DNA of 64,000 bases from Bacteroidota bacterium (lineage in GTDB: Bacteria; Bacteroidota; Bacteroidia; JADZBD01): the NCBI GenBank assembly GCA_040756415.1, contig JBFLYZ010000008.1, forward strand, positions 13,793 to 77,792, in the 5' to 3' direction. Position numbers and translations under genes: made by a program. Under the pieces are notes generated by a model. It did no database searches. It saw only the letters and a program-made list of their open reading frames with translations, and was not told the DNA's origin. How positions within the stretch are numbered: position 1 is the first letter of the stretch; each line of letters opens with the position of its first letter. This document shows, piece after piece, positions 35,358-45,169 of the stretch.

Positions 35358-37687
35358 TGCCGGTACGCTTAACAGTCTGTTTTCTTTTCTGCCTGCATCA
35401 CATTGGCCTGGCCCAGGATGTCTACCAGGACGTAAGGGGCGTAGTGCGCGACAAGGCCGGCCTGGCGCTGACGGGCGCGCATGTTTATTTGTCGGATACC
35501 TCGGTAAGTGAAGTTGTCACGGATGAAAAAGGCGGGTTCAGGTTAGCCAACATCAGCCCGGGCTGGTATGTGCTTAATGTGAAGCACGGGGGATATGAGC
35601 CGGTGGCCATTCCCATTGTAGTGGAAGCGGGAAAGGAGCTGGTAATGGAGATCGGTCTCAGCGAAAGCCCTTTCGAGCTGCAGGAGATACAGGTAAGCGG
35701 CCAAAGCCTGCCGCAGATCGGGGCTCACCGTTTTACCGTTGAGGAAACAGAACGTTATGCGGCTACTTTTTATGATCCGGCCAGGTTAGTAAGTTCCCTC
35801 CCGGGCGTCATTGGCGATAACGACCAGGCGAACAATATCGTAATACGCGGTAATTCGCCTAACGGCCTGCTCTGGAGGCTGGAAGGCGCGGATATACTTA
35901 ATCCCAACCACCTGGAGAACGCGGGCACTTTCAGCGACCGCGCCACGCAGAACGGGGGCGGGGTGAACATACTCAGCGCGCAACTGCTCGGCAATTCAGC
36001 CTTCATTAAGGGAGGATACGGTGCCGGATACGGCAACCTGGTCTCAGGGGTCTTTGATATGAAACTGAGAAAAGGGAATAACGAGCGCTTTGAGCTCACC
36101 GGCCAGCTCAGCCTGCTGGGCACAGAGCTCGCCTCAGAGGGCCCGCTCGGTAAAAAGGGCTCTTCCTACCTGGTCAACTACCGTTATTCCACGATCGGCC
36201 TGCTTTCGCTCATGGGCGTGGATTTCGGAAATGAAAAGACCAGCTTCCAGGATGTTTCCTTCCATCTTTCTTTTCCCGGCCGGAGGGGAGAGCTCAGCGT
36301 ATTCGGTTTTGCGGGGCTGAGCGATACCCGCCTCGAGCCGCAGCGCGATCCGGCTTTGTGGGAGCTGGGCCGTGATAAGTATGAAACGGATTTCAGCTCG
36401 GCCACCTCGGTAATGGGACTGCGCTCGCATCTTACCGTCAGCAACCGAATGCTGCTCAAATCCTCGGCCGCTTTCTCATACAAGGAAACCGGCCGCAGGG
36501 CATTTTTCCTGGATACCGCTTTGGTGAGCCGCCTGATGCAGGAAGACGCCAGCCGGCTGCAGAAATTGGCCGTACATAACAGCCTCTCCTTTTTTATCAA
36601 TGCCCGGCATACCCTTACCGCAGGCCACCACTCGGCCCTGCTGTTCTTCGATGTGTATTTTGCTGATGGCGCGGAAAAGAGGCCCCTGCAGGTGGTGGTG
36701 AACGCTGCGGGCGATCAACTGCTGGTGCAACCGTACGTGGAATGGAAGATGGCCCTGGGCCGCAGGATAACATGGGTTGCCGGGCTGCACGGTATGCTGA
36801 CAGAAAATGAGAATAGATGGGAACCCCGCCTGGCGGCTGCTTTAGATCTTGGCCGGCAGCACAGGCTTTCGCTGGCCTTTGACCAGACCAGTCAGGTTCA
36901 GCCACTGCACATCAGCTATGTTACGGTGCCAGGGGCTGATGGAACCGGGACCTACCCGAACCGATCGTTGGGCTTAAGCAAATACACGCACTATTCAGCA
37001 GCCTTCAGCGGTATGCTTTCCCAATACGGCTACCGGATCGAGGCGTATTACCAGCAATTGCGGGGCATACCGGTTTCAACGAATGCCGGCACCACTTTTT
37101 CCGCTCTCAATTCGCTCGAACAGATCATTCATGATTCACTGGTGAACGGGGGCAGTGGCAGAAACTACGGGGTGGAGCTGAGCCTGGAGAAGCCCCTGCC
37201 GGGCGAATATTATTTTCTGTTCAGCAGCGCGCTTTACCGCTCGCTGTACACGGCCGCTGACGGGCTGGAGCGCAGTTCGCGCTATGACGGTAAATACGCG
37301 CTCAGCCTCACCTGCGGCAGAGAGGCCGTTCGCAGCGGAAACCGTTCGTTCGGCATTCACGCCAGGATATTGTATCGCGGAGGATACCTCGAAACACCGA
37401 TCGATGAGGCTTTGTCGGCCCGGAACGGAGAAACGGTATATATGGACGAATGGCCCTTTACCCGGAAACTGGATGATTATTTCAGGGTGGACCTGCGCAT
37501 AAGCAGCAAAAAAGAAAAGCCCTCCTATACCCGTATCGTGGCCATAGATATCCAGAACCTGACGAACAGGAAGAATATTGCGTATCGCTATTACGATACG
37601 GTGACCGGCCGTATAGAAACAAAGTATCAGCTAGGATTGATACCCGTGCTAAGCCTGCGAATCGAATTTTCCGCAGCAAAAAAATGA
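35357..37687 (+). CDS. TonB-dependent receptor-like outer-membrane protein with carboxypeptidase-regulatory-like N-domain
   Basis: ORF 35183..37687. Start taken at MPVRLTVCFLFCLHHIGLAQ (35357). CarbopepD-reg-like domain (VRGVVRDKAGLALTGAHVYL…GGFRL). Plug-like segment. Beta-barrel ending …LRIEFSAAKK. Confidence 0.7.
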   Translation: MPVRLTVCFLFCLHHIGLAQDVYQDVRGVVRDKAGLALTGAHVYLSDTSVSEVVTDEKGGFRLANISPGWYVLNVKHGGYEPVAIPIVVEAGKELVMEIGLSESPFELQEIQVSGQSLPQIGAHRFTVEETERYAATFYDPARLVSSLPGVIGDNDQANNIVIRGNSPNGLLWRLEGADILNPNHLENAGTFSDRATQNGGGVNILSAQLLGNSAFIKGGYGAGYGNLVSGVFDMKLRKGNNERFELTGQLSLLGTELASEGPLGKKGSSYLVNYRYSTIGLLSLMGVDFGNEKTSFQDVSFHLSFPGRRGELSVFGFAGLSDTRLEPQRDPALWELGRDKYETDFSSATSVMGLRSHLTVSNRMLLKSSAAFSYKETGRRAFFLDTALVSRLMQEDASRLQKLAVHNSLSFFINARHTLTAGHHSALLFFDVYFADGAEKRPLQVVVNAAGDQLLVQPYVEWKMALGRRITWVAGLHGMLTENENRWEPRLAAALDLGRQHRLSLAFDQTSQVQPLHISYVTVPGADGTGTYPNRSLGLSKYTHYSAAFSGMLSQYGYRIEAYYQQLRGIPVSTNAGTTFSALNSLEQIIHDSLVNGGSGRNYGVELSLEKPLPGEYYFLFSSALYRSLYTAADGLERSSRYDGKYALSLTCGREAVRSGNRSFGIHARILYRGGYLETPIDEALSARNGETVYMDEWPFTRKLDDYFRVDLRISSKKEKPSYTRIVAIDIQNLTNRKNIAYRYYDTVTGRIETKYQLGLIPVLSLRIEFSAAKK

Positions 37688-38332
37688 TCAGACGATGGCG
37701 CCCCTGTAGGTGAGAGCCGGGTAGGGACAGCGTGCCAGGGCGCTGGCGGCTGCCGTTTCTTTTTTCATGAACCACACCTTCAGGTTGTGTTCGCTGTTCT
37801 CGGCATAATCATATACCTCGAAGCCCAAGCGTTCAAAGAGCAGTTTGTTCCGCTCGATGGTGGTCTCTGCATAAACCGGCAGGTGTTCCGCTCGGGCCAG
37901 GTCGAAAATGTGATCGCGTATCTCCCGGGCAGCCGTTCGGGCGCGCCCAGCGGTCTTTACCCCAAGAAACCAGAAGTACAGGTATTCGCCTTCGGCCGGC
38001 CGTTTAGATTTGAGCAGGCCTTCGTGGCGGATGATATCCGGCAGCCGCGACAGCTCGAACGAGGACAGGGCCAGGCGAAGGCTGTTCAGGTGATCGGTGA
38101 ATGATTCGGGCACCTGGTTGTATTTGTAAACGATGGCCGCCCCAGTGTTATCCGAGCTGATAAAAACCCCATTACGCCTCAATCCGTAATCAAAAGCGTA
38201 GGCGGCCAGCTTACGGATGTGCTTTTCGCGGTTGCTCTTCCTGAGCAGAAAATCGAAATGCGGGTTTTCCTGAAATGCTTCACTGATTATGTCGATCACG
38301 AGCTGCTTGTCGTGCGGGGCGGCTTTGCGCAT
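37688..38332 (-). CDS. Putative GNAT-family N-acetyltransferase
   Basis: ORF 37688..38419. Start taken at the internal MRKAAPHD. The GNAT assignment is weak and rests only on size and a motif-A-like …FLGVKTAGRARTAAREI…. Confidence 0.45.
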   Translation of the reverse strand: MRKAAPHDKQLVIDIISEAFQENPHFDFLLRKSNREKHIRKLAAYAFDYGLRRNGVFISSDNTGAAIVYKYNQVPESFTDHLNSLRLALSSFELSRLPDIIRHEGLLKSKRPAEGEYLYFWFLGVKTAGRARTAAREIRDHIFDLARAEHLPVYAETTIERNKLLFERLGFEVYDYAENSEHNLKVWFMKKETAAASALARCPYPALTYRGAIV

Positions 38333-38458
38333 ACCGGGCAAAATGCAAAAAGCATTCCCCTCTGCTTTCAGCAGGCGCACCGGGAAACCGTTTAACAAAA
38401 CTGTTGAATCTCCTCGCACGACTGAGGAATTAATTACCCAGGCAGAGATCTCTCCCTC

Positions 38459-40393
38459 TTACTTCCCACCGCCCAGTTGGCGGGCCCGGGCGAAGTATTC
38501 TTTTGCCTTCAGCGAATCGCCCATATTGCCGTACAGGCTGCCCAGGTTCGACCAGGTTTGCGGGTTGTCGGGTTTGATGCGAAGCACTTTTTCCATCGTG
38601 GCAACAGCCTCGGGGTAATTCTTGTTCATGGCATAGGCAATGCCCAGGTTCTCGAGCGCGCCCAGGTCGTTGGGATTATACTGAACGGCTTTCTGCAGGT
38701 GAAAAATGGCTTTAGGCAGGTCATTCTTGAGCTTGCCGTATACCGAACCCAGCAGTCCCTGTGTATTGATGTGCTGCGGCTGCAGCTCGAGCACTTTGTT
38801 CAGTACGTAGATGGCTGAATCGGCCTGGCCGAATTCGTTATAGATCAATCCCAGGTTATACCAGCTCCAGTGGAATTGGGGATAGATGGCGATGGCCTTC
38901 CGGAACTCTGTTTTGGCATCGAGCAGGAATTTGTTCCGTTCGGGTTTCGTTTTATCGTTCAGCACCGAGGTCAGCATCGTATTGCCGTAGTAGTAATGGA
39001 TCTTGGCGCTGTTCGGAACGGTCTGCACATCCTTCGCAAACAAGGTCAGGTTATCTTTCCAGTCGCGGTTGCGGGTAATGGTCTTGTAAGCTGAAAGCAA
39101 CACGATCAGCCCGAGCAGCAGGGCGAAGCTACCCTGCAGCTTGACTTCGCTGTGCAGCCGGGTCCTGAAGCCAAGGAAGAACAAGGCGGTGAGGGCGATG
39201 CAGAAGCCCAGGGAGGGAAGAAACAGGAAACGCTCGCCCATGGGCGCGCCTATATTGAAAAATATATTCGTGACGATGGATAATGTGGCCAGGTAGAAGA
39301 GGGTGCCGAAGGCGATCAGTTGCATGAGACCGGTCTGCTCTGCTTTTCGCGCCCGCGCGAGCCTAAACACGGAAAAAACGCCCAGGCCGGCATAGACCAG
39401 CAGGGGCACCAGGGCGTGCGGGTCTCCCGGGTTCACGATGGGGATCTGGTTATAGGAATAATCGCATGAAAGGGGATGGGGAAAGATCAGCAGCAGCAGG
39501 TAGAGCCCCATGATGCGGAAGGCGGTGGCCAGCTTTTCAGGAAAGGAAATGCCGAAGAAGGGGTTTTCCATCAGGTCGGTGCTTTCCTTTATCCGGGAGG
39601 TGTCGAGCAGGCCGGCACGTATGGCCAGGTACAGCACCGCGATACCCGCGTAGGGAGCAGTAAGCAGGAATACACGCCTGATCTCAATGCGCGTGAAGAT
39701 GAACAGGGCCGCGGGGATCACCGCCAGAAAGGTAATCCCGTTCTCCTTCGAGAAAAGGGAAAGAAAGTAGAAAACGCAACTGAGCGTAAAATGCTTTTTG
39801 CTGGCCGAGCCGATATAGGAAAAGAGGTAGTAGAGCGAAAGCATCAGGAAGAGAAAGCACAGTATCTCGTCCCGGCTCTTGATGTTGGCCACCACCTCGG
39901 TATGAATGGGATGGACCGTGAAAACAAGCGATACGATGAAGGCGAAGAGCGGCCATTCGGGAAAGATCTTACGCAGGGTCATGAACAGTACCACTGCGCA
40001 GAGCGCGTACAGCAGCACATTGATGAAATGGCTCACGCCCGGGTTCTCACCGAACAACTGGTACTCGATCGCATGCGTAACAAGCGTGAGCGGGCGGTAA
40101 CGGCCGCCCGTCAGCTCGAGCGATTGCCCGTAAATACCCGCAAACAGGTCCTTGCTCACCAGGTCGGGTATGCCGGCAAAGCCTTTCTTGGTGAACTGGT
40201 TCTCGGTGATGACCACCGAATCGTCAAACGCATATTCATTGGTCAGCGTATTCCCGTATAACAGGAAAGCGAGGAGGGCCAAAGCGATGGAATAATTCCT
40301 GTAGCTCTTTTTAATTCCTTTGGCAGCGGGCGCGCGCTTCTCCGTTGTGCCGGCCGCTGCCTGTTCCGCTTTCTTTTTTTTCTTTTTACTCAT
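38459..40393 (-). CDS. Multi-pass membrane protein with C-terminal TPR repeats (TMTC/PMT-like, possible GT-C glycosyltransferase)
   Basis: Lys-rich N-terminus. About 10-11 TM helices. C-terminal TPR block (…AIAIYPQFHWSWYNLGLIY…KAVQYNPNDLGALENLGIAY…RIKPDNPQTWSNLGSLY…). Its start overlaps the ansA stop. Confidence 0.65.
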   Translation of the reverse strand: MSKKKKKKAEQAAAGTTEKRAPAAKGIKKSYRNYSIALALLAFLLYGNTLTNEYAFDDSVVITENQFTKKGFAGIPDLVSKDLFAGIYGQSLELTGGRYRPLTLVTHAIEYQLFGENPGVSHFINVLLYALCAVVLFMTLRKIFPEWPLFAFIVSLVFTVHPIHTEVVANIKSRDEILCFLFLMLSLYYLFSYIGSASKKHFTLSCVFYFLSLFSKENGITFLAVIPAALFIFTRIEIRRVFLLTAPYAGIAVLYLAIRAGLLDTSRIKESTDLMENPFFGISFPEKLATAFRIMGLYLLLLIFPHPLSCDYSYNQIPIVNPGDPHALVPLLVYAGLGVFSVFRLARARKAEQTGLMQLIAFGTLFYLATLSIVTNIFFNIGAPMGERFLFLPSLGFCIALTALFFLGFRTRLHSEVKLQGSFALLLGLIVLLSAYKTITRNRDWKDNLTLFAKDVQTVPNSAKIHYYYGNTMLTSVLNDKTKPERNKFLLDAKTEFRKAIAIYPQFHWSWYNLGLIYNEFGQADSAIYVLNKVLELQPQHINTQGLLGSVYGKLKNDLPKAIFHLQKAVQYNPNDLGALENLGIAYAMNKNYPEAVATMEKVLRIKPDNPQTWSNLGSLYGNMGDSLKAKEYFARARQLGGGK

Positions 40394-41427
40394 GCTTTTT
40401 CGCTCAGCTCACCGCGCAGGGAGCGCTGCAGTTGTTTTTCGATCGCCTTGCGCGAAAGTTTTTGGCCCAGCAGGAACATGAGCTTGGTTACGGCCGCCTC
40501 GGTAGTGATGTCGGTACCGCTGATCACGCCTATCCTGGCCAGCCCCGCGCTGGTCTCGTATTTGCCCTGTTCCACAGCGCCCGCGTTGCATTGGGTCACA
40601 TTATAGATGATAATGCCTTTCCGTATCGCCTGCCTGAGCTCGGTAATGAACCAATCCTGCGTGGTGGCATTGCCCGCCCCGAAGCTTTCGAGAACCACGG
40701 CTTTCAGATTTTTCGCGTTCAGCACCGCGCGCACCACGTTGCGGTTGATGCCCGGAAATATTTTCAGGATGGCAATATCCGTGTTCAGTTGGGTGTGCAC
40801 GCGAAGCATCCGGCCCGAAGGTTTAAGTATGGAGCGCTGGTCGAACCTCAGATGCACTCCTGCCTCGGCCAGCTCGGGGAAGTTGGCCGACTGGAACGCG
40901 TTGAACTGCTCGGCATTGTATTTATGCGTGCGGTTGCCACGGTACAGTTTGTACTCGAAATAGACGCATACTTCCGGCACTACGGGCCGGCCGTTCTTTT
41001 TCGCGGCCGCTATCTCGATGGCCGTGACCAGGTTCTCTTTACCATCCGTGCGAATGATCCCGATAGGCAGTTGGGAGCCGGTAAGAATAACGGGCCTGGA
41101 CAGGTTCTCCAGCATAAAACTCAGCGCGGAAGCGGTAAAGGACATGGTATCGCTGCCATGCAGGATCACGAAGCCGTCATACTTTTTATAATTATCGCGG
41201 ATGATCTCCGCCATCGCTACCCACTTGTCGGGCTGCATATCGGACGAATCGATGGGCTTATCGAAAGAGATGGTCGCGATGCTGATGTCGAACTTCCTGA
41301 GCTCGGGAACATGATCGTACAAATGGTTAAAGTCGAAAGGGCGCAGCCGTTTCGTTTTGGGGTCCTGCACCATGCCAATGGTTCCGCCAGTATAAATGAG
41401 TAAAACAGCCGTTCTTTTCCTGTTCAT
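40390..41427 (-). CDS. ansA: L-asparaginase, type I
   Basis: N-terminal LLIYTGGTIGM (the TGGTI active-site motif). 345 aa. Confidence 0.9.
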   Translation of the reverse strand: MNRKRTAVLLIYTGGTIGMVQDPKTKRLRPFDFNHLYDHVPELRKFDISIATISFDKPIDSSDMQPDKWVAMAEIIRDNYKKYDGFVILHGSDTMSFTASALSFMLENLSRPVILTGSQLPIGIIRTDGKENLVTAIEIAAAKKNGRPVVPEVCVYFEYKLYRGNRTHKYNAEQFNAFQSANFPELAEAGVHLRFDQRSILKPSGRMLRVHTQLNTDIAILKIFPGINRNVVRAVLNAKNLKAVVLESFGAGNATTQDWFITELRQAIRKGIIIYNVTQCNAGAVEQGKYETSAGLARIGVISGTDITTEAAVTKLMFLLGQKLSRKAIEKQLQRSLRGELSEKA

Positions 41428-41428
41428 G

Positions 41429-42193
41429 TTATCCGAATATTTCCAGTGCGTTGCGGGTCGTGATCTCGGCCACCTCCTCCACAGGCAGTTGCTTTACCTG
41501 GGCCAGCTTTTCGGCCACCAGCCTGATATACGCGCTTTGGTTGCGTTTGCCCCGGTGCGGTACGGGCGCCAGGTAAGGCGAGTCGGTTTCCAGCACCAGG
41601 TGCCGCATATCGATCTGCTGAACGGTCTTGTCCAGCCCCGAATTCTTAAAAGTAATCACACCGCCTATCCCCATTTTAAATCCTCCCAGCAGGATGACCC
41701 GGGCCGCATCTTCAGGGGTGCCCGTGAAGCAGTGGAAGATGCCGCGAAGGCTGCTGTCGTTTAACTCCTGCACGATCTCATAAGCTTCGTTGAACGAGTT
41801 TCGGGTATGGATCACGATGGGAAGATCGTATTTTTTTGCCAGCAGCACCTGCTGCCTGAATGCATCTTTCTGCTGGTTGAGGTACGTAAGGTCCCAGTAC
41901 AGGTCTATGCCGATCTCGCCTACGGCATGAAACTTCATTTTGCCGAGCCAGTGCTCCACGATGCGCAGCTCGTCCCCGTACCGCGAATTGACCGAGCAGG
42001 GATGAAGCCCCATCATGGGAAAACAGTGGGCCGGATGCTCATTGCACAGGCTGAACAGCGAGGCGACCGAGCTGCTGTCGATATTGGGTATGTACATACG
42101 GCCTACCCCCTGCCTGACCGCTTCCTCTATAACCTGCCTGCGGTCGCTGTCAAATTCCGATGCGTACAAATGGGTATGGGTGTCGACCAGCAT
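41429..42193 (-). CDS. tatD: TatD-family metal-dependent hydrolase/DNase
   Basis: MLVDTHTHLY…, …IGEIGIDLYWD…, …LVLETDSPYL. Confidence 0.9.
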   Translation of the reverse strand: MLVDTHTHLYASEFDSDRRQVIEEAVRQGVGRMYIPNIDSSSVASLFSLCNEHPAHCFPMMGLHPCSVNSRYGDELRIVEHWLGKMKFHAVGEIGIDLYWDLTYLNQQKDAFRQQVLLAKKYDLPIVIHTRNSFNEAYEIVQELNDSSLRGIFHCFTGTPEDAARVILLGGFKMGIGGVITFKNSGLDKTVQQIDMRHLVLETDSPYLAPVPHRGKRNQSAYIRLVAEKLAQVKQLPVEEVAEITTRNALEIFG

Positions 42194-42372
42194 ACCGCAA
42201 AAATATATAAATTGATGAATTACAAGTAATTATGAGCCTGTGATCCGGATCAAATCCGGTAAGCCAAAAAAAACGTATTTACTTATTGTCATGCACCTGA
42301 TTTTTATACCTTTGCCTGCCAATTTGAACATGGCTTGAGAAACCGAAATTAAAAACCAAAACCCAAACAAAA

Positions 42373-42975
42373 ATGAAGAATTCAGTTAAATTAGCAGCAT
42401 TAGCTTTAGTTATTGCCGCAACTTCTTTTTCAGGTTGTAAGAAGGGTGAGAACGACCCCTTTGTTTCACTGAAATCGCGCAAGTCGAGAGTTGCGGGCTC
42501 ATGGAAGATCACCAAAGGCGAAGGTAAGGACGTTAACGGCAGCACCACCACTACCTGGACCTATGACGGAACCACCTGGACCCAAACCACCGGATCTACC
42601 ACTACCACGCTGACCGTTGAGCAGACCTATACTTTCGAGAAAGACGGAACCTGGAAGGGTCACTACATGGAAAGCACCACCGGCTATTCCAACACCGTTG
42701 ACCAGACCGGAACCTGGAACTTTACAAGCGGAGTAGGTGAAATGAAGAACAAGTCGCAGATCGTTCTGATGGTACTGACCGATAACAGCACTACCGTCAT
42801 CGGCACCAGCACGTCTACTTCCAGCACTACCTATACCGGATCTAACGCTCCCACCATGATCTATGACATCGATCAACTGAAGAGCAAGGAAATGGTATGG
42901 AAGTGGAAAGGCTCTACCGCCAGCGGAAGCGCTACTTCTTCTGACGAAGGCATGATGACTGCTACTGCGCAGTAA
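42373..42975 (+). CDS. Hypothetical lipoprotein (Thr/Ser-rich), paralog of the next gene
   Basis: Lipobox SFSGC. N-terminal motif DPFVSLKSRKSRVAGSWKI. Confidence 0.6.
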   Translation: MKNSVKLAALALVIAATSFSGCKKGENDPFVSLKSRKSRVAGSWKITKGEGKDVNGSTTTTWTYDGTTWTQTTGSTTTTLTVEQTYTFEKDGTWKGHYMESTTGYSNTVDQTGTWNFTSGVGEMKNKSQIVLMVLTDNSTTVIGTSTSTSSTTYTGSNAPTMIYDIDQLKSKEMVWKWKGSTASGSATSSDEGMMTATAQ

Positions 42976-42996
42976 TATCGCAAAATTGATGATCGC

Positions 42997-43031
42997 AAAA
43001 CCCGGGCTTCATGCCCGGGTTTTGTATTTTT
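42997..43031 (+). terminator. Intrinsic terminator
   Basis: AAAACCCGGGCttcatGCCCGGGTTTTgtatttttg. Confidence 0.8.
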
Positions 43032-43037
43032 GTACGT

Positions 43038-43469
43038 ATGAAAAAGAGCTTTCCCTTTATCCTGCCTGCGTTGTTCCTCCTGTTTCTGCCTTCCTGTAAA
43101 AAGTATGAGGATGGCCCCTTGTTCAGTCTGCGGAGCAAAAAGGCCCGCGTGTCTAATGTCTGGAAAGTGGATTACTATTCGGAGAACGATGTGGATAAAA
43201 CGCAGCAGTACAACAACCTCTATCAGCAAAACCAGTTGGTGATAGAGAAGAGCGGGGCCTACCTGATCCATTACCTGTACCAGGGTAACCTGGATTATAC
43301 CGAATCGGGAAACTGGAAGTTCAACGATAACAAGACCGCTATTATTTTTTACAGGACCACTCCCGGTACCGATACGAGCGATCTGCGCATCCTGCGCCTG
43401 AAGGAGAATGAGCTGTGGCTGCTGGACGGGGATAGTGTCCGTAAGGAATACCGCCTGGTGCCTTTTTAA
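43038..43469 (+). CDS. Hypothetical lipoprotein, paralog of 42373..42975
   Basis: ORF 43011..43469. Start taken at MKKSFPF. Lipobox LPSC. N-terminal GPLFSLRSKKARVSNVWKV closely matches the upstream gene. Confidence 0.6.
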   Translation: MKKSFPFILPALFLLFLPSCKKYEDGPLFSLRSKKARVSNVWKVDYYSENDVDKTQQYNNLYQQNQLVIEKSGAYLIHYLYQGNLDYTESGNWKFNDNKTAIIFYRTTPGTDTSDLRILRLKENELWLLDGDSVRKEYRLVPF

Positions 43470-43523
43470 TTTTACCATAGCCCCGATTTATTTAAATTTG
43501 ATTTCGCAAGCAGGGGAGACCAT

Positions 43524-44498
43524 TTGAAAAAGATCCTGATCATACGTTTTAGCTCTATCGGGGATATTGTGCTGACCACACCGGTCATCCGTGCCATCAG
43601 GAAACAACTGGATGCCGAAGTGCACTTTCTTACCAAGGAGGCTTTTGCCCCGGTACTTTCCGCCAACCCCTATATTCACCGCCTTCACCTGATCAAAAAG
43701 GATGTAGGAGAGGTCAGCGCGCGGCTCAGGCGTGAACGGTTCGATTTTATTGTTGACCTTCATCACAACCTGCGTTCAGCGCAGGTCAAGGCGGCAGTCA
43801 GGCGGCCATCGGCATCGTTCCGCAAGCTGAACATCGAAAAGTGGATGCTGGTCAATATGGGCATCAACCGACTGCCCGATGTGCATATTGTTGACCGCTA
43901 TTTCGACACGGTCAGCGCGCTGGGCGTAAAGAACGACCTGCAGGGGCTTGATTATTTTATTCCCGCATCTGACGAGGTGGCCCTTTCCTCCCTGCCGCAG
44001 GGTTTTGCCGAAGGCTATACCGGGTTCGTGATAGGGGCTAAGTTCATGACCAAGCAGCTTCCGGCTGAAAAGATCGCCTCCGTCATCGGCAGGCTGGAGG
44101 GGCCGGTGATAATGCTGGGCGGGTCCGAAGACAAGGCCAAGGGAGAAACGGTAACAGCGCTTCTTAGGCCTGGACAGGCGCAGCGGGTATATAATGCCTG
44201 CGGAAAGTATAACCTCAACCAATCCGCCTCGCTGGTCAGGCAGGCGCAGCGCATCATTACGCACGATACCGGGCTGATGCATATCGCGGCCGCCTTCAAA
44301 AAGGACATTACTTCGGTGTGGGGAAATACGGTTCCGGCCTTTGGCATGTATCCCTACCTTCCGGGCAGGGGCTCGAAGATCATCGAGGTAAAAGGGCTTT
44401 CATGCAGGCCCTGTTCCAAACTGGGCCACGCCCAATGCCCTAAAGGGCATTTCCGGTGTATGATGGAGATCAACGAGGCTGAGATAGCCCGCAGTTAA
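43524..44498 (+). CDS. Glycosyltransferase family 9 (LPS heptosyltransferase-like)
   Basis: MKKILIIRFSSIGDIVLTTPVIRAIR…, …LGGSEDK…, …HDTGLMHIAAA…. Confidence 0.8.
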   Translation: MKKILIIRFSSIGDIVLTTPVIRAIRKQLDAEVHFLTKEAFAPVLSANPYIHRLHLIKKDVGEVSARLRRERFDFIVDLHHNLRSAQVKAAVRRPSASFRKLNIEKWMLVNMGINRLPDVHIVDRYFDTVSALGVKNDLQGLDYFIPASDEVALSSLPQGFAEGYTGFVIGAKFMTKQLPAEKIASVIGRLEGPVIMLGGSEDKAKGETVTALLRPGQAQRVYNACGKYNLNQSASLVRQAQRIITHDTGLMHIAAAFKKDITSVWGNTVPAFGMYPYLPGRGSKIIEVKGLSCRPCSKLGHAQCPKGHFRCMMEINEAEIARS

Positions 44499-44504
44499 GA
44501 AGAT

Positions 44505-45017
44505 CTATTTAACGAACAAGGCCTTCAGCTCGGTAGCGTCTTCGGGTTTCATTTTGCCCGCCAGTATCAGGCTGAGCTGTCTTCTGCGCAGGGCGCTGTC
44601 GTAGCGTTTTTTTTCTTCTTCGGTCTCGGGGATCACCTGAGGAACAGGCAGCGGGGCCCCGTTCTGATCTACCGCTACGAAAGTATAGATGGCCTCATTA
44701 TGCTTTTTCTTTTCACCCGTCACCCGGTCTTCCACCCACACATCGATGAAGACCTCCATCGATGAATTGAAGGCGCGCGATACCTTGGCTTCAAGCGTAA
44801 CAATGCTTCCCAGCTTGATCGGGTCCTGGAAAGAAACATTGTTTACCGCAGCGGTCACCACCACGCGTTTGCAGAGCCGGTGTGCCGAGATCGCGGATAC
44901 GATATCCATCCAGTGCAATAGGCGCCCTCCCGCAAGGTTGCCCAGCGCATTGGTATCGTTGGGCAGCACGAAGTTCGAAGTGATGGCATAGGTCTCGCTG
45001 GCGATTTTGGATTTCAT
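44505..45017 (-). CDS. Acyl-CoA thioesterase (hotdog fold)
   Basis: 170 aa. …VLPNDTNALGNLAGGRLLHWMD… core region. Confidence 0.8.
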   Translation of the reverse strand: MKSKIASETYAITSNFVLPNDTNALGNLAGGRLLHWMDIVSAISAHRLCKRVVVTAAVNNVSFQDPIKLGSIVTLEAKVSRAFNSSMEVFIDVWVEDRVTGEKKKHNEAIYTFVAVDQNGAPLPVPQVIPETEEEKKRYDSALRRRQLSLILAGKMKPEDATELKALFVK

Positions 45018-45169
45018 AGGAATGGATTTTGGGGCAAAGATATACTTAATCGGCCAGAGGCCCGGGGAGCCGGCCGCATGCGTCTTTTCTGTCAGAAGAA
45101 TTTATCCCTGAAGGCTGCCGCAGGATTGCTTAATTGCGGCCAAGAATTAACTTTACCTAAAATTCGGGA

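Noticed and set aside
39476-41403. + strand ORFs (261 and 352 aa) opposite the TPR-membrane and asparaginase genes
   Set aside because: Antisense shadow ORFs with Arg/Gly/His-rich composition.
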